64,000 nucleotides of DNA from Eledone cirrhosa (taxonomy: Eukaryota). Positions 16,197-30,519 of the stretch are shown piece after piece. The notes under the pieces are model-generated. The model was not told the DNA's origin, did no database searches, and saw only the letters and a list, made by a program, of their open reading frames with translations. Where the stretch lies: positions 25,854,001 to 25,918,000 of the forward strand of contig OZ024750.1 of NCBI GenBank assembly GCA_964016885.1. Direction: 5' to 3'. The position numbers were made by a program, and so were the translations under genes. Numbering within the stretch: the first letter of the stretch is position 1; each line of letters starts with the position of its first letter.

Positions 16197-17050
16197 GTAC
16201 ACACTCACACATATATATGTATGTGTTTCTGTGTGTATGTGTGTGTTTGTGTGTGTGTGCATATGTTTGTGTGTGTGGAAATATGATGTTTAATATAGAA
16301 ATCGCTTCTACAGGAATTAGTAGCCGTACAGTGTTCAGCAACCATGGTTGCCATTTTGTTCAACACTGACAAAGGAACGATGAACTAGTTTCTAGCTCAT
16401 TAGCTGTCATCAGCACTATATACCTTCCTGTCAGTTGATTGAACGTTTGAAAGTATATACTTTGCTGATGCATATTAACGGCTGAGCAGCCTAATTTGCA
16501 TATCGAGTGAGTACATATCTATATGTGTGCATGTATGTACGAATATACATACTACTGTACGTCTGTATACATACATGTATGTACGTATACATACTTATAT
16601 TTAAGTATCAGCCGTACTAAGAATGAGAAATGAAATTTCATTTTTTCCATTTATCGTTTTCGGTACGCCCGGCCGACTAACTCACTCGAAATGTAAATTA
16701 GGCTGCTCAGTCGTTAATATGCATAAGGAAAGTATATACTTTCAAACGGTCAATCAACTGACAGGAAAGTATACGGTGCTGATGACAGCCAATAATTTAG
16801 AAACTAGTTCATCGTTCCTTTGTCAGTGTTGAACAAAATGGCAACGATGGTTGCCGAACACTGTACAGCTAATAATTAGGGCTGTTTGTTCACAAACAAA
16901 CCGTGCATTATAATAAATGTTCGGTAAACCCATACGTACATATATATATATATATATGTGCATGTATGTATATATATTCGTAGAGGCGCATGGATGAGTT
17001 ATATGGGAAACAGCTGCAACACAGGTATTTCCTAATGATGCTAAGTATTT

Positions 17051-17139
<89 letters not shown>

Positions 17140-18291
17140 TAAGAAAATGCGAAGTAGTTTCAGATATATTATCCATTTATTGAACGTACGGTAGAACGGA
17201 ATGTAAATTATAGTATGAAACGTAGTAATTAGGCAAACAATTAGTTAATATCTTCTTCTATCATATGAATCAAAACAAAACAAAAAGTTCTTCATCCTCA
17301 GTGTATACTGATTAATGTTCAGAGCGATCCTTAGCATTCTCGTGTAGCGCACATCCACTATCTGAGTAAGTTTCTTGGTCAGTGCCCCAGTCTCAGACCC
17401 ATATAGTAGCACAGACGCCACTACAGCAACGAAGAGACGGATCTTCAGGTCTTTACGAAGGTCCGACTTCCACACCGAGCTCAAACTGTGGCACGCCGCC
17501 CAGGCTTTGCTATTCCACTCTACCACATCACCTTCTGTATTCCCAATTTGCTCCCAGATACAGGAAGTCTTCAACCAATTCTAGCGGCTCCCCCCCCTAC
17601 ATTAGTAATCTTCTCTGGCTTCTTAATATTCTCTACCATATACTTCATCTTAATCTCATTCATTCAAAGCCCCATACTCATCGACACAGTCTCCACCGCC
17701 TGCATCAAATCCTATGCCTCCTTCACTGTGTTTTTCACTGGAACTATGTCATCGACAAATTAGTTATGTAGATTTCTAGCCAGTATAGAGAAGGTTAATG
17801 TGCTCAATGCATATAAGTTGTTAGACTAGCGAACCATGCGATTAAATGTAATGAGAGATAGCTTAACAATCGTATAATAAGCAGAGGAAAAACCGTTTTT
17901 AAAATGCTGGAGAGAATAACAAAGATTTATGAATACATGTATATATATTTAATGGCTGACAAGTATGGCAGCGAAAAAAATTTATAACAGCCATTTTGTG
18001 TGGCTGCTATAACGTCCTTTCACTTCCAACCTTTTAATATCAATATTCCACATTTAAAGAAGGTTTTTCACTTCGGTGATATAATTTAATTCATGAATTA
18101 ATATGTTATGAAGAATTTTTTTTTGTAGGCTCTGATGATAATAGTAATTTTTATTGGAATAATATCGATTTATATTCGATATCCCAACATGTATGTCCAT
18201 CCTTACTGTGCAATATTTGAAAAACCTTGTCAGCCATTAAATATATACATATATTTATAAATCTTTGTTATTCTCTCCAGCATTGTCAATA

Positions 18292-18358
<67 letters not shown>

Positions 18359-18941
18359 CATATATATTTCGTTTCTGAATTTGTTTAGCAAGATTCTTTA
18401 TCTGAAAACGTTTGTTGAAACCGATATTGTTATACTTTGGGAGGGTCATGTTGCCAATAAGAAAAACACGCACCAGTTGCTTTCACTTTAATTTATTATA
18501 ATAAATTTATAAATTTAGGAATTTATAAATTTCCGGTTGGTTGGTTGGTTCCACAACCAGGTGGTTGTTTATATATTGTCAAAGTTCTTTCGTCACACAT
18601 TCTGTAAATAAACAAATAAATAAACGAATATAAACACACACAGACACCCGGATGTGGCGCATCCGCAGACTGAGCACACATCACACACACAGAAACAAAA
18701 TGGCGTAGGACAGAACAAAGGAGAGGCACAAAAACAAAGAAAAGAATCCCCAGTCAATGAAGAGGTGACATAATGTGTGACGAAAGAACTTTGACAATAT
18801 ATAAACAACCACCTGGTTGTGGAACCAACCAACCAACCGGAAATTTATAAATTCCTAAATTTATAAATTTATTATAATAAATTGAAGTGAAAGCAGCTGG
18901 TGCGTGTGTTTCTTATTGGCAACATGACCCTCCCAAAGTAT

Positions 18942-19008
<67 letters not shown>

Positions 19009-20263
19009 TACAATATCGTGAGAGAGGATAGAGAGATGAGGTAAAAGAGAAACGATACAGAGGATTATTTGCCAAAATGTGCTCGATGCTTATGTAAACA
19101 GGTTTAAACATTAGAGGCGTTAATATTTAGTGTACGAAGTTAAGCAGAGCAATTATAATCGAAATAATTGATGAAAGAGAAGCAAGCCGTTAAAACACAT
19201 TTATAAAAATCTCTTACATATGTTTCGCCCAATGGGGCTAGTCTGAGGCGGTTAAATAGGCAAAGAAGTCAATAATTGTTTCTACTTTAGGCACAAGGCC
19301 AGCAATTACCCAGTGCATTACTGGTACTTTATTTTATCGACCCCGTAAGGATGAAAGGCAAAGAACTTAATAATGAACCCTGTAAGGTTACGAGCAAAAT
19401 TTTAATATCGAAATCCATTACTTCGTGTTACAAAATGGAGTCAAGATCTTTGTTACTAAGGGAAGTATTTCCGGTGCAAGCTAAAGTTATCTCTTTGATC
19501 AATGACCGCTATTAACAAATTATATTTCTTGTTATAAGGTGTTAATTTAATTATGGTTTGTCAAGTCAATTTAATGAGGCACTGTTTTAGTATCAATTAT
19601 GAGTAAGGTAATTAAAGACTTTACACTAGTTTAGTTAGTACATAGCTGCAATATCAATGTAGGCTTAAGAGTCTAGAAATGTAAAGACATATAAGATGGA
19701 TTCAGTATAATTATATGATCATATGTCTACAGTGTTTAAAGGGTATAATCAGCAGTTCTGTAATATTACCCAAAGTTTAGTCTATCAGTGTTGGAGAATA
19801 CAAAAGGGTAATCTCGTCTGAAAATATGCAGTGCGGCTCCCTGGAGGGACGACGGGGGTTGGATGATGGTATTGTTCAAAGATGTTCAATTTTGAGCCTA
19901 CCATTTTAGGTCGAGCCAGGGCACAGAGTTGGAGACCCCGGGTGTTATGGTTTTTGAGTATTAGCCGGGATCCATCTATAGAAGGACTGTTGTAGTCTAT
20001 GGCCACAATTGATGACAGTTTCGGCTCGACTATTAATGAGGTGCTTGTAACACGAAGTAATGCATTTCGATGTTAAAATTTTGCTTGTACCCTTACAGGG
20101 TTCATTATTAATTTCTTTGCCTATTTAACCGCTTCAGACGAGCCCCATTGCGCGAAACATATGTAAGAGATTTTTATAAATCTGTTTTAACCGGTTGCTA
20201 CTCTTTCATCAATGTTTTCGATTATATAAATATATATGTATATATATACATATATATATATAT

Positions 20264-20509
<246 letters not shown>

Positions 20510-20511
20510 AT

Positions 20512-20543
<32 letters not shown>

Positions 20544-20545
20544 TG

Positions 20546-20587
<42 letters not shown>

Positions 20588-20620
20588 GGTGTATATATAT
20601 ATGTGTATATATATATGTGC

Positions 20621-20716
<96 letters not shown>

Positions 20717-21386
20717 ATATCACCTAAGTAATCACCAAAGTAAACATACAGAAAATATAAATAAACTGAAACAATTGTATACAACTTTGTCAATGCTGAT
20801 GAAACCAATAACGTATACAACATGGATAAAGTAGAACCACCGAAATAATAAACAGGGAGTTATGTAAGATATATAAAAAGAGACTTTAAAGTGAAGCCTG
20901 GATAGGGCAATGGAAGAGATGAATTAGATAGTAACTAAACGCAATATAGAAATTGGATTAAACACTATCAACCGATAGAAACGCAGATAATACTGAAGGA
21001 TCACAAACCGAATTACAACATTGACGTCAGAGTCAGACATATTGTGTAATTCAGGTCGGTCATTGAAGTAATAAGCAACATTCTAATTAGTGTCTTCGCC
21101 AATGAAGACACTAAGGACGGCAAAAGATTGTTCGTACAGTTTCTATATTACCATGAGAACCAGTGACACAGAGCAGGTCACCGATCACGTGAGGTATGTG
21201 AAGAAGTGTTTTCTGGGTTTCAGCAGAGGATTATATCACGATTATGCCCTATGTATCCCACTCAAACATAAAAAGACCGATTAGAGCGGATAAAGATGTA
21301 AATATCTTAAGTTTTCAAGAACATAAAACTAGAAGTCGCAATCTACTGTAAACATTAAAAATCTGATCTATCAATTCTTCGACATT

Positions 21387-21453
<67 letters not shown>

Positions 21454-21489
21454 CAAACATATATATATATATATATATATATAAATATA

Positions 21490-21601
<112 letters not shown>

Positions 21602-21655
21602 TACATATATATATATACATATATATATATATTATTGTATATATATATATATATA

Positions 21656-21697
<42 letters not shown>

Positions 21698-21753
21698 TAC
21701 ATATATATATATACATATATATATATATTATTGTATATATATATATATATATA

Positions 21754-21797
<44 letters not shown>

Positions 21798-21829
21798 TAC
21801 ATATATATATATACATATATATATATATT

Positions 21830-21949
<120 letters not shown>

Positions 21950-22316
21950 AAGAAAAAGAGATGAAATCGAAAATGCAACTGGAGTCTTATTTTTTTTTTA
22001 GATATATATATTTATTTGGTTCCTTTACCGGTTTCGCAGTTCTTCTGCTTTTCAAAAGGTGAGTTGAGATGGAGGGTCTGTGGTTTTTGAGAAAAACCAG
22101 AGACCCTCCATCTCAACTCACCTTTTGAAAAGCAGAAGAACTGCGAAACCGGTAAAGGAACCAAATAAATATATATATTTAAAAAAAAAATAAGACTCCA
22201 GTTTCATTTTCGATTTCATCTCTTTTTCTTTATACTTTCACTCGTGTAGGACACCTCGGTTATTTTTCATTTTGTTAAAAAAAACCTCACTTTCTAATGT
22301 ATATATATATATATAC

Positions 22317-22406
<90 letters not shown>

Positions 22407-22854
22407 GTATGTATATATACACGGGATAACAGGTTATCGTTAGATGTAGTCCAGTTGGAGTACTCCGTGTACTGGATAGTATTAACGTGTGGCTTAGTTT
22501 GACTCAACAAGACGTTTCCATAGTGATGCACAAGATGGCGTAGGACAGAACAAAGTAGAGGCACAAAAATAAAAAAAAATAATCCCCAGTCACTGAAGAG
22601 GTCACAGAGTGTGTGAAGTTGTTCAGATGGATGTACTCCAGGTCATATTGGTGACAATTGCCAAGGTATATCATAAACTTGTTACATAATTACTATAATT
22701 CCTATATACACACACACATATATATATGTTCATGTGTGTGTTTGTGTGTGTGGGTGTGTGGGGAGTGTGGGTGCGTGTGTGTAGCTGCATGTGTGTGTGT
22801 GTGTGTGTGTGTGTAAATTTGATGTTTAATGTAGAAATCTTATATATATTTCAG

Positions 22855-22989
22855 ATTGCCTGGTAGGACGGTTTGGTGTTAAGTGTGAAGGAGTATGCCA
22901 TTGTTTCGACAACATTAACTGTGACCATCGAAATGGAAGTTGTTCAGATGGATGTGCTGCAGGTTATGTTGGTGACACTTGCCAAGAAG
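22855..22989 (+). CDS. EGF-like exon 4 (copy of exon 1)
   Basis: 135 nt, AG/GT intact. Confidence 0.85.
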
Positions 22990-23025
22990 GTATATCATAA
23001 ACTTGTTACGTATTTACTATAATTA

Positions 23026-23081
<56 letters not shown>

Positions 23082-23869
23082 ACACACTCACACATATTCA
23101 CACATATATATGTATGTGTTTCTGTGTGTATGTGTGTGTTTGTGTGTGTGTGCATATGTTTGTGTGTGTGGAAATATGATGTTTAATATAGAAATCGCTT
23201 CTACAGGAATTATTAGCCGTACAGTGTTCAGCAACCATGGTTGCCATCTTTTTCAACACTGACAAAGGAACGATGAACTAGTTTCTAGCTCATTAGCTGT
23301 CATCAGCACTATATACCTTCCTGTCAGTTGATTGAACGTTTGAAAGTATATACTTTCCTGATGCATATTAACGGCTGAGCAGCCTAATTTGCATATCGAG
23401 TGAGTACATATCTATATGTGTGCATGTATGTACGAATATACATACTACTGTACGTCTGTATACATATATGTATGTACGTATACATACTTATATTTAAGTA
23501 TCAGCCGTACTAAGAATGAGAAATGAAATTTCATTTTTTCCATTTATCGTTTTCGGTACGCCCGGCCGACTAACTCACTCGAAATGTAAATTAGGCTGCT
23601 CAGTCGTTAATATGCATAAGGAAAGTATATACTTTCAAACGGTCAATCAACTGACAGGAAAGTATACGGTGCTGATGACAGCCAATAATTTAGAAACTAG
23701 TTCATGGTTCCTTTGTCAGTGTTGAACAAAATGGCAACGATGGTTGCCGAACACTGTACAGCTAATAATTAGGGCTGTTTGTTCACAAACAAACCGTGCA
23801 TTATAATAAATGTTCGGTAAACCCATACGTACATATATATATATATGTGCATGGATGTATATATATTCG

Positions 23870-23990
23870 TGGTGGCGCATGGATGAATAGTTAGAGAGTC
23901 GGATTCGCAATCGTGAGGTTGTGAGTTCGATTCCCGAACAAGGCGATGCGTTATGTCCTTAGGCAAGACACTTTATTTCACGTTGCTCCT
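23870..23990 (+). mobile_element. tRNA-derived SINE 5' head
   Basis: A-box-like ggcgcatgg..agttag, B-box gagttcgattccc, followed by gtcctt.ggcaagacacttt. Confidence 0.65.
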
Positions 23991-24733
23991 TCTCCCTGGA
24001 GTTGCCACCGATAGAGAGTATTAGCAATTAGAAAGACCAATGGAAACATCGATTCCTCGGTCCGATTTGACAAAAAAAAGTCGATTGACTGTCGATGTAT
24101 ATATATACATACTACTGTAAGCCTGTATATATACATGTATGTACGTATACATACTTATATTTAAGTATCAGCCGTACTAAGAGTGAGAAATGAAATTTCA
24201 TTTTTTCCATTTATCATTTTCGGTAGCCCGGCCGACTAACTCACTCGATATGTAAATAAGGGTGCTCAGTAGTTAATATGCATAAGGAAAATAAATACAC
24301 TTTCAAACGTTCAATCAACTGACAGGAAGCTATACGGTGCTGATGACAGTTAATAAGCTAGAAACTAGTTTATGGTTCCTTTATCAGTGTTGAACAAAAT
24401 GGCAACGATGGTTGCCGAACACTGTACGGCTAATAATTCGGGCTGTTTGTTTACAAACAAACCGAGCATTATAATAAATGTTCGGTAAACCCATACGTAC
24501 ATATATATATGTGTGCATATATGTATATACATACTTCTGTACGTCTGTATAGATATATGTATGTACGTATACATACTTATATTTAAGCGTCAGCCGTACT
24601 AAGAGTGAGAATGAAATTTCATTTTTCCATATATATATATATATATATATATAAATGGAAAAATGAAATTTCATTTCTCACTTTTAGTACGGCTGATACT
24701 TAAATATAAGTATGTATACATACATACAAATAT

Positions 24734-24804
<71 letters not shown>

Positions 24805-24813
24805 CACGCACAC

Positions 24814-24920
<107 letters not shown>

Positions 24921-25498
24921 AATGTAATCTGAGTTTTTCGAATATTAATAATAAGATTCGATTTGTTTGCAATTATGCAAACAAGCCTGAATTTTATTGC
25001 CATGTCAGTGGAATGAACACTTCATTCCTGCTCCTGTGATGTCATGCGAACAGAACTGCAGACACTAATGTTTCTGGGTATCACCCTTCATCCTTCATAT
25101 CCATGTTTGCGTATTTTTAGCTGTAATAATCCCCCGGTCTTCTTCCTTCTATTTCTTTTTTCTTTTTTTCCTTTCTCTTTCTCCTTCTTCATCTTTCTCT
25201 GCCTCTTTCTCTGTTTCTTTCTTCATCTTTCTTTCTTTCTCTACCTTCACTATTTCTATCCCCCCTCTCTTCTTTCTATCTGTACCTCTATTATTACTAC
25301 TGATGATGTGATAGTTTGAACTCATAAATTTGCCGGTTACGTATTTATTTGTAATTTCTTTCTCTCTTTCTTCTTCCCCCCCCCTCCTTTCCATCTATCC
25401 TCCTTCTTCTGTGTCTCTCTATATCTTTATTATTAATATTAATATTGATCTGGTAATTTGAATTTGTAAATTTACTGTTACGCATATTTCTTTTATTT

Positions 25499-25601
25499 TC
25501 TCTGACGAAATGAGAGAGATAACATGTATTTTAAATTGAGTGACACTGCCATCTACGTTAAGCAATTTTTAGACAACTCTACCATAGAAACAATTGTTAG
25601 A
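25499..25601 (+). ncRNA. Hammerhead-like motif with extended stem II, in a pLTR-like insertion (~25093-26040)
   Basis: TCT-CTGACGA-aATGagAGAG...CTCTacCATa-GAAA-CAATTG-TT-AGA, then AATAAA. Confidence 0.5.
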
Positions 25602-26042
25602 CTGTAAATAAATTTCCCTGTTTGTATGTCGACCATGTTTTTCAATTTTCCAATTTTATTACTCAAAGATATATTTACACAGGAATATAAGTGAAGTTAT
25701 AAACTCGTCATCCACGTAAACCTCTTGTTCAGTCTTTCAACGCCGTACGCTTAAACTATTCATGATAAGAAGTTTTCACAGCCTCTAATCGGATTACCTT
25801 TAACGATAACTTGTTATCCTATATATATATATATGTCAGTAAAAAATCTTTACCTGGGTCCTGTATTTTCGTTGCTCTAGTGATGCGGTCGGACTGCCGA
25901 CAGCTATATCTAATTTACTAGGCTGTCTGAACGTAATGTTATACTCTGGGGTCTTACCTCATATGAGTGCTAAAGCTACAAACCGAATAAGCATACACGC
26001 TAGCTTGGCTGTATACTAGAGCTTCGTCTATGCTGTACTAAA

Positions 26043-26133
<91 letters not shown>

Positions 26134-26727
26134 TATATTATATATATAGAATAATAGTTTTTCGAATATTAATAACATTCGATTCGCCTGCAATTATGCA
26201 AACAAGCCTCAATTTTATAGCCATGACAGTAGAATGAACACTTCATTCTTGCTCCAGTCTTGGCAGACACTAATGTTTCTGGGTATCCTCCTTCATCAGT
26301 ACAGCCCACTGTTCTCCTGCAAAACCGTCAGAGCCAGTGAAAATATATGTTATTTTCAAAAATACATAGTGACACATTGGCCTGATTTGCATATCACCAG
26401 ACTGGCTGATCAGTCAGATCTGCATATCAGAAGACTGGCCAGTCAGTTTCCTGTATACGAGAGATAAATGGCCAACTTTGCCAAATTTAAATAAAAGACA
26501 CAATTTATATATACAAATATATACACAACAAAGCCTGCATCTCCATTCGCCTTCGCTCTCTCTCTGTCCCTCTTTCAATCTACTCTCTTACCACCACTAT
26601 CTCTTTCTCTCTATCTTTCAGTCTCTCTTGTGTGTGTGGGTGTGTGGTGAGGCAGGTGTGTGCCTGCATGTGTGTGTATGTGTGTGTAAACATAATGTTT
26701 AATATAGAAATCTTATATATATTTCAG

Positions 26728-26862
26728 AATGCCAAATAGGAAAGTTTGGTGTTAATTGTAGAGAGACATGCCATTGTATCAACACAAACTGTGACCAGCG
26801 AAATGGAAGTTGTTCAGATGGATGTACTGCAGGTTATGTTGGTGACAATTGCCAAGAAGAAG
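26728..26862 (+). CDS. EGF-like exon 5: ECQIGKFGVNCRETCHCINTNCDQRNGSCSDGCTAGYVGDNCQEE
   Basis: 135 nt, phase 1-1, AG/GT intact. Confidence 0.88.
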
Positions 26863-27036
26863 GTATATCATAAACTTGTTACATAATTACTATAATTACT
26901 ATATACAAACACACATATATATGTGTATGTGTGTGTGTGTGTGTGTATGGGGGGGGGGGGGGCTACGGGTGTGTAGCTGCATGTGTTTGTGTGTGTAAAT
27001 ATGATGTTTAATATAGAAATCTTATATATATTTCAG

Positions 27037-27171
27037 ATTGCCCTGCAGGATGGTTTGGTGTTAATTGTAAAGGGACATGCCATTGTAACGACAACAAAAA
27101 CTGTGACCATCGAAATGGAAGTTGTTCAGATGGATGTACTGCAGGTTATACTGGTGACAATTGCCAAGAAG
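27037..27171 (+). CDS. EGF-like exon 6: DCPAGWFGVNCKGTCHCNDNKNCDHRNGSCSDGCTAGYTGDNCQE
   Basis: 135 nt, phase 1-1, 174-nt intron from exon 5. Confidence 0.88.
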
Positions 27172-27198
27172 GTATATCATATACTTTTTACGTATATA

Positions 27199-27316
<118 letters not shown>

Positions 27317-28026
27317 ACTCACTTCAATCTAGATTCTCACTTGTAAACTTTTTAATTTTTAATTTTTGATTCCTGATTTTTGATTTTTAATTTTTTTAAA
27401 TTTCCAACTCTCATTCATAATTTCCACTGTGAAACCATAATACCTAGAATTAAGTAGATTTTCTCTTAGAAGTTGATGGTCAATTCTACTGTTCATGCTT
27501 AATGTAGGGTAGTATTGAGATCTATTGACACTCACACTCTCCCAACCTCACTAGCTTTCGGCTGACTGCCACTGACGGAGTGGATAGCAGTAAACTATAT
27601 ATTACAGGCCTGAATAGGTCAATGTTTGGTTGACAGGGGGAACGGCCTAGGCGAATAGCGTTGAATTCTGAGGTAGCTGATGGTCAACTTCCTTCGGACC
27701 TGCGCCTGCGCAGACCGGTAGGGGTGAATTGGTACTCACAAGATAACAGACGAAGAACCCAAGAGCACACAATTTGTCCGTTCCCATGTCGATTCAACTT
27801 GGATTGCCACGAAAACATAACCTTATTATGCAACAAGCTGTCTGACGATGTCGCGGCACTGGCGCACGGAATAGTGTGTCCACTGTCGCCATTGAAATAT
27901 GTATCACAGCATTATTATTAAAGGACTTTAACATATGAAACTACTTATTCGATATTTACTCCGTCACTCCTATGTGGAATAAGTACGTTGAGTGCTTCAA
28001 TTGAATTACATCAATGTTTATCTTAA

Positions 28027-28068
<42 letters not shown>

Positions 28069-28195
28069 GTAATCTGAGTTTATTCGAATATTAATAACAT
28101 TCGATTCGCTTGCAATTATGCAAACAAGCCTGAATTTTATAGCCATGTGAGTAGAATGAACACTTCATTCTTGCTCCTGTGTTGACATGCCAACA

Positions 28196-28245
28196 GAACT
28201 GCAGACACTAATGTTTCTGGGTATCACCCTTCATCAGTACAGCCC
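28196..28245 (-). ncRNA. Minimal hammerhead with canonical GUC site, antisense to the gene; paralogs ~41986-42035, ~32680-32731, ~38245, damaged at ~25053 and ~26270
   Basis: Minus strand: gggCTGTA-CTGATGA-aGGGT gat ACCCa-GAAA-CATTAGTG-TC-TGCAGttc. Confidence 0.8.
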
Positions 28246-28651
28246 AATGTTCTCCTGCAAAACCGTCAGAGCCAGTGAAAAGATATGCTATTTTCAAAAA
28301 TACACAGTGACTCATCGGCCTGATTTGTATATTAGCAGACTGGCTGATCAGTCAGATCTGCATATTAGTCAGATTTGCATATTAGCAGACTGGCCAGTCA
28401 GTTTCCTGTATACGAGCGATAAATGGCCGGCTTCGCCAAATTTAAATAAAAGAGAAAATTTATATATACAAATATATACATAACAAAGCCCACAGCTCCA
28501 TACTCCTTGGGTATCTCCTCTCACTCTCTCTCTGTCCCTCTTTCAATCTACTCTCTTACCACCACTATCTCTTTCTCTCTATCTTTCACTCTCTCTTGTG
28601 TGTGTGGCTGTGTGGTGGGTGTAGGTGTGTGCGTGCATGTGTGTGTGAGTG

Positions 28652-28734
<83 letters not shown>

Positions 28735-28770
28735 ATGATGTTTAATATAGAAATCTCATATATATTTCAG

Positions 28771-28905
28771 AATGCCGAAGAGGAAAGTTTGGTGTTAATT
28801 GTAAAGGGACATGCCATTGTATCAACAATACAAACTGCGACAAGCGAAATGGAAGTTGTTCAGATGGATGTTCTGCAGGTTATGTTGGTGACAATTGCCA
28901 AGAAA
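28771..28905 (+). CDS. EGF-like exon 7: ECRRGKFGVNCKGTCHCINNTNCDKRNGSCSDGCSAGYVGDNCQE
   Basis: 135 nt, donor A|gtatat. Confidence 0.85.
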
Positions 28906-29083
28906 GTATATCATAAACATGTTACATAATTACTATAATTACTATATACACACACACACATATATATATATGTGTATGCGTGTGTTTGTGTGGTTTGTCT
29001 TTGTGGGAGTTGCGGGTTTGTATGTGCATGAGTTTGTGTGTGTAAATATGATGTTTAATATAGAAATCTTATATATATTTCAG

Positions 29084-29215
29084 ATTGCCCGGTAGGATGG
29101 TTTGGTGTTAATTGTAAAGGGACATGCCATTGTAACGACAACATTAACTGTGAAAGGCTTTATGGAACATGTTCAGATGGATGTACTGCAGGTTATATTG
29201 GTGACAATTGCCAAG
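29084..29215 (+). CDS. EGF-like exon 8: xCPVGWFGVNCKGTCHCNDNINCERLYGTCSDGCTAGYIGDNCQ
   Basis: 132 nt, donor G|gtacat. Confidence 0.88.
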
Positions 29216-29392
29216 GTACATTATAAACTTGTTACATAATTACTATAATTACTATATACACACAGAGATATATGTGTGTGCGTGGGCGTTTGTGTGTGTG
29301 GTTATGTGGTGAGTGCAGGTTTGTGCGTGCATGTGTTTGTGTGTGTGTGTGTCAATATGATGTTTAATATAGAAATCTTATATATATTTCAG

Positions 29393-29527
29393 AATGCCGA
29401 AGAGGAAAGTTTGGTGTTAATTGTACAGGGACATGCCATTGTATCAACAACACAAACTGTGACCAGCGAAATGGAATATGTTCAGATGGATGTACTGAGG
29501 GTCATGTTGGTGACAATTGCCAAGAAG
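29393..29527 (+). CDS. EGF-like exon 9: ECRRGKFGVNCTGTCHCINNTNCDQRNGICSDGCTEGHVGDNCQE
   Basis: 135 nt, AG/GT intact. Confidence 0.88.
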
Positions 29528-29555
29528 GTATATCATAAACTTGTTAGGTAATTAC

Positions 29556-29632
<77 letters not shown>

Positions 29633-30083
29633 CACACACTTAGACACATACACTCACCCATACACAGACATGCATACACTCTCACACACACACACACGCA
29701 CAAAGACACACACACACACACGCACACACTTACAAATATATATGTATATGTTTGCGTGTGTATGTGTGAGTTTGTGTGTGTGTGCATGTGATTGTGTGTG
29801 TGTGTGTGGAAATATGATGTTTAATATAGAAATCGCTTCTACAGGACTAGAATAGATCCATCCAAAGAAATCATCAGATAAAATACAACATTTGTTTTAT
29901 AAATAATGATATACCCATGGAAATACATAATTACTATAATTACTATATACACACAGAGATATATGTGTGTGCGTGGGCGTTTGTGTGTGTGGTTATGTGG
30001 TGAGTGCAGGTTTGTGCGTGCATGTGTTTGTGTGTGTGTGTGTCAATATGATGTTTAATATAGAAATCTTATATATATTTCAG

Positions 30084-30218
30084 AATGCCGAAGAGGAAAG
30101 TTTGGTGTTAATTGTACAGGGACATGCCATTGTATCAACAACACAAACTGTGACCAGCGAAATGGAATATGTTCAGATGGATGTACTGAGGGTCATGTTG
30201 GTGACAATTGCCAAGAAG
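30084..30218 (+). CDS. EGF-like exon 10 (copy of exon 9)
   Basis: 135 nt, 691 bp downstream of exon 9, inside a local tandem duplication. Confidence 0.85.
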
Positions 30219-30246
30219 GTATATCATAAACTTGTTAGGTAATTAC

Positions 30247-30311
<65 letters not shown>

Positions 30312-30519
30312 CACACACTTAGACACATACACTCACCCATACACAGACATGCATGCACTCTCACACACACACACACGCACAAACACACACACACACACGC
30401 ACACACTTACACATATATATGTATATGTTTGCGTGTGTATGTGTGAGTTTGTGTGTGTGTGCATGCGATTGTGTGTGTGTGTGTGGAAATATGATGTTTA
30501 ATATAGAAATCGCTTCTAC

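Noticed and set aside
23870-23945. tRNA gene
   Set aside because: No proper cloverleaf; continues into SINE body
28197-28220. Possible 24-nt phase-1 micro-exon (ELQTLMFL) and the MRTELQTLMFLG ORFs
   Set aside because: Conservation is better explained by the minus-strand hammerhead; one copy has a deletion and the donor is weak
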